64,000 nt of DNA from an uncultured Spirochaetota bacterium (GCA_963835575.1 CAWIGG010000002.1:960001-1024000); one strand, 5' to 3'; shown: positions 20,785-31,123, counted from the stretch's first letter. Notes: generated by a model not told the origin, from the letters alone. Made by a program: numbers and translations.

Positions 20785-20858
20785 GCCTTCAGCCTCCATC
20801 CCCTTTCTCGACTGCGGCGGAAAATGGGGATGGGGTGGCCGATAGGCCGGGGTGAGGC
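20785..20858. repeat. GC-rich REP-like hairpin upstream of btuB
   Basis: CTCCATCCCC/GGGGATGGGG inner stem with GCCT/AGGC outer pairing. Confidence 0.5.
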
Positions 20859-20904
20859 AAAATATTTTTGTGTTTTGTAGAACAAATTTCAGGAGAAAAT
20901 AACT

Positions 20905-22815
20905 ATGTTAAAAAATATTATATTACTAAGTATATTGATTGGGATAGAAGCTGTTGGATATAGCCTGGATGATACCAATCAGAATGAAAAGCTAACCAAT
21001 TATGTTATGCCGGAGGTTGTCATTACTGCCTCGAAATATGTCCAGCCAGAAAAAGAAGTCGCGTCGGCGGTTACTATAATCAGCGCGGAAGACATAGAGA
21101 AGAAAAAAGGCTCAGATGTCAAAGACCTTTTAAGAGATGTACCGGGTGTGGAGGTTTCTCAGGCCGGCGATTTTGGCGGCATTGCGAATGTTTATCTTCG
21201 CGGAACAATGCCGGGCAGTACGCTGGTGATGATTGACGGTGTGCCGGCCAATAGTCCAGGAAGCGTTGATAATTCGTTCAATTTTGCCTTTCTCAATACC
21301 GACAACATTGATAGGATTGAGATCATCCGAGGGCCGCAAAGCGCCCTCTACGGCTCCGGTGCGATCGGCGGGGTGATTAATATTATTACAAAAAAAGGCA
21401 AGGGGGTGCCGCAGAGCTTCGGCGAAATGAGTGCCGGAAGTTACAATACCTACAAAATCGCTGCCGGTACCAGAGGCGAAATCAGCAACTGGAATTACGC
21501 GCTTACATTGTCTCATGAAACAAGTGATGGTATTTCCAAAGCGGCATTGAGCAATACGATTGCCGATCCTGAGAAGGACGGATTTGAAGCTACCAGTTTT
21601 TCGGCAAATGTTGGTTTTATCCCGTTTGACGGCGCTTCATTGGATTATGTCCTGAGCTATAATTATGGCAAAACGGATATGGACGGCGGCGCCTATATTG
21701 ACGAGCTGAACAGCTGGTTTGATAATGAAGATTTGTCCATGCTCCTCACATTCAGGCAGAAGGCCGTTGAATGGTGGAATTATCAGATAGCCGTTTCTTA
21801 CTTTAACAACAAATATGACTACAATAATACGATGATCCAGGCTTCCGCCGTAATGGATACAAACAGTAACATTACGGTTTCCGCCACGGACACATTTATG
21901 AACTATTGGTATAAAGGCTATAGTTTCAAAGGTTCTTTTCAAAACAGCCTGACAGTCTTTAATATCAATAATTTAACAAGCGGTATAGACTGCGAGCTGG
22001 ACGACGCTTATAACACAGAAACCAACCTCGAAATTTTTAGGACGAATGCCAGTATTTATGCTGAAGACAGTATTAAGCTTTTAGATATCTTAATTCCATC
22101 CATAGGCGGTCGTCTGGACTACAGCCCGGATTATGGAATTGTGACGACCTTCAAGTTGTCGAGCATCTGTATGTTCTCGAATATCGGATTAAGCCTGAAA
22201 GCCAACTACGGTTCCGGCTTTAAAGCGCCGTCGCTTTACCAGTTATATTCACCTTACGGTAATACTAATTTAAAGCCGCAACAGAGCACCGGTTTTGATG
22301 TTGGGTTTACAGAATATCTCTGGGATGACAAGGTTGTTTTAGATGCAGCTTATTTCAAGAACGATTCATCCAACCGCATCGATTATGATTATTCCATTTA
22401 TCAGTATATTAATATCACCAACAGCCGTTCATGGGGCGTCGAGGCATCGCTTGTTCTCCGGCCTTTGGAATTTCTATCACTGAAGGTTGACTATACCTAC
22501 ACCTACTCTATTGATCTGGATTCAGGCCTTCAGCTTCTGAAGATACCTCAACATAAGGGCGGTATCGAGGCAGGAGTTACGCCATTTAAAGGGCTGGACT
22601 TGATTGTCGATGTGAATTATACGGGCAGACGCTTTGATTACCCAAGGGTAGAACTCCCGGATTACGTGAAGACGGATGTATTCGTAAATTACAGGAATAA
22701 AAATGTCGTTGTTTTCGGCAGTATAGATAATCTGTTCAATGTGGTTTATCAAGATACTTACGGCTATCTGACGCCAGGAATTAACTTCAAAGCAGGCATC
22801 CGTTATGAACTGTAA
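20905..22815 (+). CDS. btuB: TonB-dependent cobalamin receptor
   Basis: Signal peptide, VVITAS TonB box, plug motif IDRIEIIRGPQSALYGSGAIGGVINIITKK, barrel ending GIRYEL; riboswitch and cob context. Confidence 0.9.
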   Translation: MLKNIILLSILIGIEAVGYSLDDTNQNEKLTNYVMPEVVITASKYVQPEKEVASAVTIISAEDIEKKKGSDVKDLLRDVPGVEVSQAGDFGGIANVYLRGTMPGSTLVMIDGVPANSPGSVDNSFNFAFLNTDNIDRIEIIRGPQSALYGSGAIGGVINIITKKGKGVPQSFGEMSAGSYNTYKIAAGTRGEISNWNYALTLSHETSDGISKAALSNTIADPEKDGFEATSFSANVGFIPFDGASLDYVLSYNYGKTDMDGGAYIDELNSWFDNEDLSMLLTFRQKAVEWWNYQIAVSYFNNKYDYNNTMIQASAVMDTNSNITVSATDTFMNYWYKGYSFKGSFQNSLTVFNINNLTSGIDCELDDAYNTETNLEIFRTNASIYAEDSIKLLDILIPSIGGRLDYSPDYGIVTTFKLSSICMFSNIGLSLKANYGSGFKAPSLYQLYSPYGNTNLKPQQSTGFDVGFTEYLWDDKVVLDAAYFKNDSSNRIDYDYSIYQYINITNSRSWGVEASLVLRPLEFLSLKVDYTYTYSIDLDSGLQLLKIPQHKGGIEAGVTPFKGLDLIVDVNYTGRRFDYPRVELPDYVKTDVFVNYRNKNVVVFGSIDNLFNVVYQDTYGYLTPGINFKAGIRYEL

Positions 22816-22824
22816 GGAGTGATT

Positions 22825-24321
22825 ATGGCAAGAGCACTCATGATCCAGGGCACAGGCTCTGGGGCTGGGAAATCTATTATTACCGCCGGTTTGTGCAGGA
22901 TATTCAGCAACCAAGGCTATAAAACGGCCCCGTTCAAGGCCCAGAACATGGCGCTCAACTCCTTTGTTACCAGTGATTCCCTCGAAATCGGCCGGGCGCA
23001 GGCGCTTCAGGCTGTGGCGGCCAGGGCTACTGCCGATGTGAGGATGAATCCGGTGCTTTTGAAACCCGCCGCGGATGACCGTTCGCAGGTGGTTGTGATG
23101 GGTAAAGCGCTTTCTCATATGGCTTTCCGCGAGTATATGCAGATGAAGGATGAATTAAAAGAAACCGTCCGGAGGGCTTATGAATCGCTTGCGGCTGAGT
23201 TTGATATTATTATTCTCGAAGGGGCGGGCTCTCCCGCCGAAATTAATCTGAGGGACAACGATTTTGTGAACATGCATTCGGCCTTTATGGCAAAGGCGCC
23301 GGTGCTAATCGTTGGCGACATTGACCGCGGAGGGGTTTTAGCAAGCCTTGTAGGAACAATGGAACTGCTGGATTCCAGGGAGAAAGAGCAGGTTGCCGGG
23401 TTTATCATCAATAAGTTCAGGGGTGATCGGACGCTGCTGGAGCCGGGCATCACATTCCTGGAGCAGAAAACAGGGAAGCATGTCTTTGGAGTTATTCCTA
23501 TGCTGAAAGGCCTGAACCTTCCTGAAGAAGATTCCGTGCCTCTGGAAATGCACGAGGATAAAAGTGTGAAAAATACCGCGGCCATCAATATCGTCGTTAT
23601 CGCTCTGCCGCATCTGTCCAATTTCACGGACTTCGGTGCTTTTGCGAATGAAAGCGGTACGGCGCTTTATTATACCCGAGACCCAGAGTCGTTAAAACAG
23701 GCCGACATTGTGATGATTCCGGGCAGTAAAAATACACTGGAAGATATGGAATTTTTGGAACAATCCGGCTTTTCTTCAGCCCTGCGTTGCGCGGCTTACA
23801 ATGGGAAAAGAATTATCGGCATTTGCGGTGGTTACCAGATGCTGGGCAATCTGATTGAAGACTCGGAATTCGTGGAGTCCGGTAAAAATGCAGTAAAGGG
23901 GCTGGGCCTTCTTGATATGACAACGGTGTTCCGAAAGGATAAAATATTAAAGCAGACCAGGGCCGTGTGCAAAACAAACGGCTGTTTGGTGGAAGGCTAT
24001 GAAATCCATCACGGTGTTTCGGAATCGAGGGAACGTGTGTTTATAGAGGATGAAGAACGGCAGACCCTGGGGAGCATCAATAAAACCGGGAAAATCTGGG
24101 GCTCTTATCTTCATGGAATATTTGATGGGGCGGAATTCCGCCTTTCGTTTCTGAATGAGGTCAGGTCCGATAAAGGCCTGGCCCCATCGGAAAAAGTCTC
24201 AGAATATGATATTAATGAAAGTCTCGACCGTCTGGCCGGGATCCTTGAAGAAGCCCTGGACATAAAATCAATCTGCCGGCTGATGGGGCTGCCGGGCAAG
24301 AAGAGAGGGGGGATTTTGTGA
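22825..24321 (+). CDS. cobQ: cobyric acid synthase
   Basis: QGTGSGAGKS, PFKAQNMALNS, EGAGSPAEINL, GICGGYQMLG, GYEIH, GSYLHGIF. Confidence 0.96.
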   Translation: MARALMIQGTGSGAGKSIITAGLCRIFSNQGYKTAPFKAQNMALNSFVTSDSLEIGRAQALQAVAARATADVRMNPVLLKPAADDRSQVVVMGKALSHMAFREYMQMKDELKETVRRAYESLAAEFDIIILEGAGSPAEINLRDNDFVNMHSAFMAKAPVLIVGDIDRGGVLASLVGTMELLDSREKEQVAGFIINKFRGDRTLLEPGITFLEQKTGKHVFGVIPMLKGLNLPEEDSVPLEMHEDKSVKNTAAINIVVIALPHLSNFTDFGAFANESGTALYYTRDPESLKQADIVMIPGSKNTLEDMEFLEQSGFSSALRCAAYNGKRIIGICGGYQMLGNLIEDSEFVESGKNAVKGLGLLDMTTVFRKDKILKQTRAVCKTNGCLVEGYEIHHGVSESRERVFIEDEERQTLGSINKTGKIWGSYLHGIFDGAEFRLSFLNEVRSDKGLAPSEKVSEYDINESLDRLAGILEEALDIKSICRLMGLPGKKRGGIL

Positions 24322-24962
24322 ACCGTATTATTTTTATTACAGGCGGCGCCCGGTCGGGCAAAAGCTCTTTCGCGGAAAGCGTTGCCTTACAAATTAACCG
24401 GAGCGGCATCAGCGGAAGTAAGGCCGCTTATATCGCGACGGCCCAGATTGCCGACGCGGAATTCCAGAAGAGAATTGAAAAGCACCGGCAAAAAAGGGGT
24501 GATATGTATCAGATTTATGAGGAGGGCCTGGAATTGTCCGCACTGTTAAAGAAAATCAATCATGAGCACTCCGTCTTTTTGATCGAATGTTTGACAACCT
24601 GGCTGGGTAATGTTTTTTTCCATAAAGGTCAGGCCGCCGCTGAAGATTTTATCAGCTGTGAATTGGACCAGATCGGCTTATTATTCCAGAAGAAAGCGGA
24701 ATACAAGCCGAAAGAGCTGCCGGAAATGCTTCATCAAGCCGAAAGTGGCGATTTTTCACCAGGGTTTTACAACATTCTGCATCAAAGCAAAGAAGACAAA
24801 CGGCTTATTATTGTTTCCAATGAACTGGGGCAGGGGATTGTTCCCGCTGATCCGGAGAGCCGTAGCTACCGCGATGTCCATGGCCGGATGAACCAGAGGA
24901 TGGCAGAAATGGCGGACTTTGCTTATTACACCATTGCCGGTTTAATCAGGAGGATCAAATGA
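24318..24962 (+). CDS. cobU: adenosylcobinamide kinase / adenosylcobinamide-phosphate guanylyltransferase
   Basis: GGARSGKS, YIATA, RIEKHR, ECLTTWL, VSNELG.G.VP; apparent internal insertion of roughly 30 aa. Confidence 0.93.
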   Translation: MNRIIFITGGARSGKSSFAESVALQINRSGISGSKAAYIATAQIADAEFQKRIEKHRQKRGDMYQIYEEGLELSALLKKINHEHSVFLIECLTTWLGNVFFHKGQAAAEDFISCELDQIGLLFQKKAEYKPKELPEMLHQAESGDFSPGFYNILHQSKEDKRLIIVSNELGQGIVPADPESRSYRDVHGRMNQRMAEMADFAYYTIAGLIRRIK

Positions 24963-25753
24963 GAGAATGGGGGAGAGCCTTTGCCGCTGCCTTTACTCTT
25001 TTGACCCGGGTTCCCCTTCCTTTCGGCCGCGGTGTTTTGTATACGGAAAAGCAGATTGCCCGCTCTTCGGTCTTTTTTCCACTTATCGGTCTATTGTATG
25101 GACTCGCGCTGTTTGGCGTTTATCAGCTTTTATCTTGCCTAAAAGCAGGGCTTGGCATTACCGCTTTTATCCTGCTGGCGCTGCCGTATCTGCTCAACCG
25201 GTTTTTTCATTTTGACGGTCTCTGCGATTGCCTGGATGCTTTTCTATCCGACAAATCGAAGGATGAAAGGCTCGCAATTCTGAAAGACAGCCATGTCGGC
25301 AGTTTTGCCCTGGGAGGCACGGCGCTGTATTTATTGCTGAAATACATTCTGATTAAAAATCTGATTGTGGTCCCATCCCTCGTGCCTTATCTGATAGTTT
25401 ATCCTGTTTTGGCCCGCTTCAGTATGGTATTGGTTTCCTACCGCTCGAAATATCCCAGGGAAAAAGGCACCGGGATGGCGCTGATCGGGAAAATCGGTGG
25501 TGTGGATTTTATTTTATCGATTATGATGAGCCTATTAATCATGGCTGGAATTTATTTCAGCTTTCCGCTTTACTGGTCTTATTTATGCCTCGCTTTTGTG
25601 GCCTGCATTCTATGGGCGTTGGTCATGAAAGCCTATTCATACCGTAAAATCGGCGGTTTGACCGGCGATGTGTTGGGCGCGGTTAATGAAATAGCTGAAG
25701 TGCTCATTCCCGCCATCGTTTTGATTTTATGGAAAGCAGGAGCCGGAAAATGA
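24959..25753 (+). CDS. cobS: adenosylcobinamide-GDP ribazoletransferase
   Basis: LLTRVP, HFDGL.D..D, ILKDSHVG, GGLTGDVLGA.NE. Confidence 0.95.
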   Translation: MREWGRAFAAAFTLLTRVPLPFGRGVLYTEKQIARSSVFFPLIGLLYGLALFGVYQLLSCLKAGLGITAFILLALPYLLNRFFHFDGLCDCLDAFLSDKSKDERLAILKDSHVGSFALGGTALYLLLKYILIKNLIVVPSLVPYLIVYPVLARFSMVLVSYRSKYPREKGTGMALIGKIGGVDFILSIMMSLLIMAGIYFSFPLYWSYLCLAFVACILWALVMKAYSYRKIGGLTGDVLGAVNEIAEVLIPAIVLILWKAGAGK

Positions 25754-26580
25754 TGAAAGATTACCGCAAACAATTTCCTTTCTGCATCGGGACAACCTCA
25801 TACATTATTCCTTTTGAGAAAGACCACGTTGTCCAGAACGTGTTTTATTTGAAGGATTTTGTGGACAGTATCCAGCTTCTCTATTTTTCTAAGGAATATA
25901 TTGAAGATGTCGCGTCTCAGAAAATTGTCCGACGGTTGAAAGACATCCAAAAAGCTTCTCTGGTGGAATATTCCGTCCATCTGCCTGTCGACATGACGCT
26001 TTTTGATCTAGACTGGAGCGGGCTTTTGAAGCTGATAGGGTTTTTAAAAGAAATAATGGAGCGCTCTGCTCCGCTGAATGTGGAGCAATATGTCCTCCAC
26101 ATTGATGGAAAGTTTATGGCCGCTCTTCCGGCGGCAGTCCAAAAGAAAAGGTTCGGCCAAATCCTATGGGCCCTTTGCGAAAACATGCCGTTCGAGCGTC
26201 CAAAACTGCTAATTGAAAATCTTGACTATGATCTTACGGCATTTCGAGAGGAATTAGAAGAATTTGATATGCCCGTCTGCATGGACATCGGGCATTTGAT
26301 GAAGCATGGACAGGATATTGGCTTATTTATAGAAGCGTTCGGCCGGCGCGTCCGGCAAATCCACCTGCATGGTATTGAAGAGCAGAAAGACCATACCTCA
26401 CTGTCCCGTACAAAAGCGGCAGCCTTAAATCCAGCGGTGGAATTTATCAAAGCGTTCCGAGGAACGGTCATCCTTGAGGTTTACAACCGGGAAGACCTTG
26501 AGGATTCTCTGGAGTTTCTGAAAGGGATGGTGTGGCATGATAGCGGTGGGGATGAGTTGAGAATTCAGAAAGAACGGTAA
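25750..26580 (+). CDS. cbiR: cobamide remodelling phosphodiesterase CbiR-like (AP-endonuclease-2 TIM barrel)
   Basis: FPF.IGTTSYIIP, SVHLP.D, IENL, CMDIGHL, IHLHG, KDH.SL, LEV; lies between cobS and cobT with ATGA coupling to cobS. Confidence 0.8.
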   Translation: MMKDYRKQFPFCIGTTSYIIPFEKDHVVQNVFYLKDFVDSIQLLYFSKEYIEDVASQKIVRRLKDIQKASLVEYSVHLPVDMTLFDLDWSGLLKLIGFLKEIMERSAPLNVEQYVLHIDGKFMAALPAAVQKKRFGQILWALCENMPFERPKLLIENLDYDLTAFREELEEFDMPVCMDIGHLMKHGQDIGLFIEAFGRRVRQIHLHGIEEQKDHTSLSRTKAAALNPAVEFIKAFRGTVILEVYNREDLEDSLEFLKGMVWHDSGGDELRIQKER

Positions 26581-26618
26581 TGTAAAATAAGAATTCAAAA
26601 ATAAAAAAGGAGATAACT

Positions 26619-27674
26619 ATGACAATGAACGAAGTAATCCTGGGGATCAAAAACACTGACAAATCGCTGGAAAAGAATGCCAGGCACAAGATGGATTTCA
26701 AGACCAAGCCGCAGGGCTCGCTGGGTGTGATGGAATCGATTGCCGTGAAAATGGCGCTTGTCCGGCAGGGGCTTTCGCCCGAAATCGGGAATAAACAGTT
26801 TTTTGTTTTCGCCGGTGACCATGGAATCACCGCCGAAGGCGTGTCGGCCTTTCCGGCGGAGGTGACCCCACAGATGGTTTTGAATTTTATAAACGGCGGC
26901 GCGGCCATCAATGTCCTCTGCCGGCAAAACGGGATAGGTATCCGCGTTGTCGATATGGGCGTTAATTTTGACTTTGCTCCCAACACGGAATTAATAGACA
27001 AAAAAGTCCGGAAAGGCACCCGGAATTTTCTAAAGGAAGACGCGATGCTTCCAGATGAAGCCGAACAGGCTGTCTGGAACGGAATGGATGTCGTTTTGAA
27101 TGCCTGCAAAGATAGTAAGATAGATATAATCGGCTTGGGTGAAATGGGGATTGGCAACAGCACTTCCGCATCGGCGATTATATCCGCAGCTACGGGACTT
27201 TCACCCGAAAAGACCACTGGCAGAGGAACAGGTCTGGATGACGAAAAGCTCCGGCAGAAGGCCGCTCTGATTACAGAAGCCCTCAAACAGCGTAAACCAT
27301 CCAATAAAGATGGCATGGACATACTCTGTAAAGTCGGGGGTTTTGAGATTGCCGGTATTGCCGGTGCGGTTCTGGGCGCGGCTTATCTGCAAATTCCGAT
27401 GGTACTTGACGGGTTTATTTCCACCGCGGGAGGTTTGATCGCCTTTTTGATTAACCCCAAAGTGAAGGACTATTTTTTTGCCGGACATAAATCGGTGGAA
27501 ATCGGGCACCAGGCCGCACTGGAATATATCGGCATCGCTCCGATCCTCGATCTGAACATGCACCTCGGGGAAGGAACAGGGGCGGCTCTGGCGATTCATA
27601 TTATTGATGCTTCCTGCAGGATTATGTGTGAAATGGCCTCATTTGAGGAAGCCGGTGTGAGCAATAAAGATTAG
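26619..27674 (+). CDS. cobT: nicotinate-nucleotide-dimethylbenzimidazole phosphoribosyltransferase
   Basis: TKP.GSLG, FAGDHG, GEMGIGN, GRGTG, GGFEI, LGEGTGA, MASF..AGVS. Confidence 0.97.
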   Translation: MTMNEVILGIKNTDKSLEKNARHKMDFKTKPQGSLGVMESIAVKMALVRQGLSPEIGNKQFFVFAGDHGITAEGVSAFPAEVTPQMVLNFINGGAAINVLCRQNGIGIRVVDMGVNFDFAPNTELIDKKVRKGTRNFLKEDAMLPDEAEQAVWNGMDVVLNACKDSKIDIIGLGEMGIGNSTSASAIISAATGLSPEKTTGRGTGLDDEKLRQKAALITEALKQRKPSNKDGMDILCKVGGFEIAGIAGAVLGAAYLQIPMVLDGFISTAGGLIAFLINPKVKDYFFAGHKSVEIGHQAALEYIGIAPILDLNMHLGEGTGAALAIHIIDASCRIMCEMASFEEAGVSNKD

Positions 27675-28031
27675 GGTAATAGAGCACTTCATCGGTGTTT
27701 TATATATGAAGGCCATAATATGAACCCATTTTGAAGAATCTTGGATTCAAAGGTCAAAAGTCGGCCCCTCAAAAAACCGGATAAATTCCAGCCCGTCGTT
27801 TTCGAAATTGCTTCCGAAATCTACACTGAATGGATTGTACTTATTGAAGAGAGTAATAGGAGTAGCAGTAATAATTGAACAGAGGGTAATAATGGATAAT
27901 ATCGAGAAACACAATTATATCTTATGAAAATAGTCCCAAAACACAAATTGATTTTCTGCTAAAATAATATATTACAACATATTATTCAATCTGAAATTTA
28001 AAGAATATCTAATTCATACGCTTTATTTGTT

Positions 28032-28082
28032 TGTCGAGGGCCGGGAAGATTCCCCAGTGGCAGGGCCAAGAGATTCCCCACC
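28032..28082 (+). mobile_element. orphan IS21-family-like end
   Basis: TGTC start followed by tandem AGGGCC..AGATTCCCCA repeats; no istA/istB in the window. Confidence 0.55.
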
Positions 28083-28199
28083 TTTTCCTGAAAAATACCG
28101 TTATTGATTTTAGATGAAAATCAGAGAACGGTCAAATAGTTTTCCCCTCCTTCCGGTAAGATTTTCCATCCTTCACTTTCACCATGATTTTTATTGAAC

Positions 28200-28348
28200 C
28201 GGATGCGTCGGCCGGTCCGGGCGGCGGGTTCTTTATCACGGCGGCTTTTATCGCGGGATTGGCCGCGGTCGTGCTGATGTCCGGAGGTATCGGCGAGCTT
28301 TCTCAGAACTCAAAGAGCGTGCCGGTGTGGATCATCCTGCTGGGCGTT
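28200..28348 (+). pseudogene. fragment of a paralogue of the membrane-protein gene at 37041
   Basis: ASAGPGGGFFITAAFIAGLAAVVLMSGGIGELSQNSKSVPV..ILLG aligns with SSAGPVGGLYLAAAFIMGVAAIALMSGGVSALSQNSKGLPV..ILLG. Confidence 0.75.
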
Positions 28349-28469
28349 GCCGTTCCAGATGGAACTTTTCATAAAAAATGACCGGTAGAAACACAAAGCA
28401 GGGCCCGGCAAATGGGTTCGCCGGGAGCATAACTCTAAGCCTCGCCCGCTTCGCCTGCGCTGACCGCCA

Positions 28470-29162
28470 TTAACCAGCTTTAATTGAAGCCGGTTTCTGA
28501 TCCTTTACGCCCATAATCAAAAGCCACAAAGTGAGAGAAAACTCCGCAATAAAACTAACCACCCAGCATGGGTACAATATTATTTTGAAGTCCGGGAAAA
28601 GGAAAAACTGAAAGAACCATATCAGTACGGCAAAACCATCGATGATCAACACTATCCCCAGAATTTTAGGAAGGAAGCCCGACTTGAAAACCAGATAACC
28701 AAGAGGAAAGAGCCAGACGCCAAAAAATATCTGGGCAATTATAAAACCATTTTTATACAGATTGATAAATAACATTGCCTGCGCTTTTAACTGATCCGCC
28801 TGGAATACTTTCAGGTAATCAGCCCCGCCCACAAGCAGCAGGCCGGCAAATAGATTCAGCATACTTGAACACTGTACGGCGACACCGCCCAGGTTTAAAA
28901 GCAGGAACAGTAAAGCCAGGTTTTTGTCGACCGGTTTTAATAACACATACAAAGCCCAGGCCGTCAAAAGGAAAAGTAAGGCTGAGAATAGACCGATTAC
29001 AAAACCGATACTGGCCAGCCATTCATGAGCAATTATGTTATTGACTGTTGCCGCGATATCTTCGAATGCAAAGTGCCCAAACATAGTTGCAATGATCGAA
29101 GATATAAAATACATTAAATAGAGGAACCCCGCGATTCTTGCTGTCGTTTTGAGTGAATTCAT
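28470..29162 (-). CDS. DUF4386 family membrane protein
   Basis: ARIAG.LY, LY.LLKPV, FFG.WL..LGYLVFKSGFLPKILG, E...LWLLI.GV. Confidence 0.85.
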   Translation of the reverse strand: MNSLKTTARIAGFLYLMYFISSIIATMFGHFAFEDIAATVNNIIAHEWLASIGFVIGLFSALLFLLTAWALYVLLKPVDKNLALLFLLLNLGGVAVQCSSMLNLFAGLLLVGGADYLKVFQADQLKAQAMLFINLYKNGFIIAQIFFGVWLFPLGYLVFKSGFLPKILGIVLIIDGFAVLIWFFQFFLFPDFKIILYPCWVVSFIAEFSLTLWLLIMGVKDQKPASIKAG

Positions 29163-29547
29163 AATCTTACTCCTTTTTATTGATAAACTGTTATTGTTAC
29201 TGCATTGAAATATTTCCCGTCAATGTTTACTACCCCTCTTTAGTGAGTTTTACAATTTTTCGTAAAGTATCGGCCGCTGCGCCGGGAAAGGCTAATTGTA
29301 TTATCCAGAGAGGGACTTTATACGGGGGGGACCTTTTTAATGCTACAGTAACTTCAACATAACCATTTCCTAAATCTTTAAACGTATAAGTTTCAAAACT
29401 GTAGGTAAGACGTTTCGCGTCTTTTTTTTCAAGCAGAGATGGTATGGCGGTTAACGTAAAAACAGCCGTATTTTCAGCCGCATCCTCAGAAAAACTCATT
29501 TTAGCGACACAGTCAATATCTGAAAATGGTCCTCCTTTAGTATGATA

Positions 29548-31123
29548 CCTAAATTCCCAGAGTTCCGCGATTTCCGCTTGAAATCAGCCTTGCGCGGCAC
29601 TGCTTGGCATCGGTTTATCATCCCAGTCTCGCGGCTGCTGCAATTACAAGCCTTGGCGATGCCTGAATACTCGTAAATCCACAAATTCCGCTGCTCCGGG
29701 CGCAACACACCCTTGTGGCGGCCTTCACATCATCCGGTTGGGAACTCGCTATATCTGCAGCTCACATAAGTGGCAGTAAAATTTCCGCCACCGGTCCTTA
29801 TCCGCAAAATAACGGCTCAACACCAGTTTTACCTGATGGCCCTGTCTCACGATTTTCCCCGCAACCCGAATAAACCACGCCCGGAATGTTTCCGGTTCTT
29901 CCCGGTGACTTTTCCGGTCAACCAGATACCGCATCCAGATTCCAACGTTATACGCCAGCACGCTGCAGCTCCACAGAAAATCATTCACCCAGAAATCTTG
30001 CGTCAGAAGCATCCCGGCGAACATCTGCTGCTTCACGGCTTCGATCCAGTTTTCACACGTACCCCGGTCACCGTAAAATTTATGGCCCTGCCAAGGTTTC
30101 AAACGCATATTCGTACAATAGCAAAAATAGTCATAAACCGCTTTCGGGAATACCAGCCCTTCCGTTTCTATCCGGATCAGCTTTCTGACAGCTATGAACC
30201 GCCTCGCATGTTTCCATCCATGCGCCCGGTACTCAAATTCCGCCTGTTCCCAGCCGCTTCGATCCGGAACCGCTGTCCAACCCCTGTTTTCCAGAAACGC
30301 CGCGAGGTTTTTCATTTTGGCTTTGACCAGAAAAAAAGCCCCTTTCATTTCTTCGATGACATCGAAAATCCTTCCGTCGAAAAATCCGCTGTCCATCCGG
30401 AACACAAGTTTTTTCCAGCCGGTATGGAGTATTCCGTAAATGTGCCGGATAAATTCAGGCGCGTTATTCGCTGTGTAAGCGTCGCCCGGCCTGAAATAGG
30501 AGAGAATACATTCCCTTGTGCTGTTCAGGAATGCCAGAAGCGGATGATAGCTCTTCGCTCCCTTTTTATGCGGATTGTAGCCTGCCGCCGCTCCTTCCTG
30601 GCTTCCGTAAACCGTCTTGACGGTCGAATCGCAGTCCACGATTTTCGTTTTTACCCGGAACTTCGCGTGGACTTTGCGGGAAAGCTTTCCGTTCAACTCA
30701 TTCATCGCGTAAGATTCTTTCATACCAACGTTTTCAATCCGCTTGATGATCGTAGAATCACTGATCGGCCCTTTCAAGCCCAGAGCTGCCCGGAACAATG
30801 GATCTTCAGTAAAATTCTCGACCTTCTTGATCCGGTTATACCCTGCCATCAGCGCGCACACGATTCCCGTAATAATTTGCTCGAACGAGAATTTCTGGTT
30901 ACAATATTCCCGCACTGGAATAAATTTTTTGAGCAACTGATTGAACCCAATCTTTTTCAAAAATACCAGCACGGGATAAATCCCGCTCACGCTGCTCAAA
31001 TCCTGCGCCGTAAAACCAACTTTGATATTTTTCACCATTTGGGTGCTCCTTCTGTTGTTTTGTAAAGCAATATATTATAACAGATTGGGGCCCCATTTGG
31101 TATTTTTACTTTGGGAATTTAGG
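29548..31123 (-). mobile_element. complete IS1380-family insertion sequence (1576 bp)
   Basis: TIRs CCTAAATTCCCA(A/G)AGT (15/16); 5-bp target duplication TGATA at 29543-47 and 31124-28. Confidence 0.95.
29749..31038 (-). CDS. IS1380 family transposase
   Basis: DCDSTV..VYG.QEGA..GYN.HKKG..SYHPL, RMDSGF, FY.DRG.CENWI. Confidence 0.95.
   Translation of the reverse strand: MVKNIKVGFTAQDLSSVSGIYPVLVFLKKIGFNQLLKKFIPVREYCNQKFSFEQIITGIVCALMAGYNRIKKVENFTEDPLFRAALGLKGPISDSTIIKRIENVGMKESYAMNELNGKLSRKVHAKFRVKTKIVDCDSTVKTVYGSQEGAAAGYNPHKKGAKSYHPLLAFLNSTRECILSYFRPGDAYTANNAPEFIRHIYGILHTGWKKLVFRMDSGFFDGRIFDVIEEMKGAFFLVKAKMKNLAAFLENRGWTAVPDRSGWEQAEFEYRAHGWKHARRFIAVRKLIRIETEGLVFPKAVYDYFCYCTNMRLKPWQGHKFYGDRGTCENWIEAVKQQMFAGMLLTQDFWVNDFLWSCSVLAYNVGIWMRYLVDRKSHREEPETFRAWFIRVAGKIVRQGHQVKLVLSRYFADKDRWRKFYCHLCELQI

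Noticed and set aside
26468..27599. Long antisense ORFs over cobT (likewise over cobQ, purH, pfp and the P-type ATPase)
   Set aside because: Shadow frames of well-supported genes.
28425..28470. attC-like GTTATGC box downstream of the DUF4386 gene
   Set aside because: No matching inverse core or extended pairing; the nearby hairpin is better explained as a terminator.
29770..31065. 431-aa ORF antisense to the IS1380 transposase
   Set aside because: It is codon-aligned with the transposase, so it stays open simply because TTA, CTA and TCA codons are avoided. No recognisable domain; treated as a shadow ORF.
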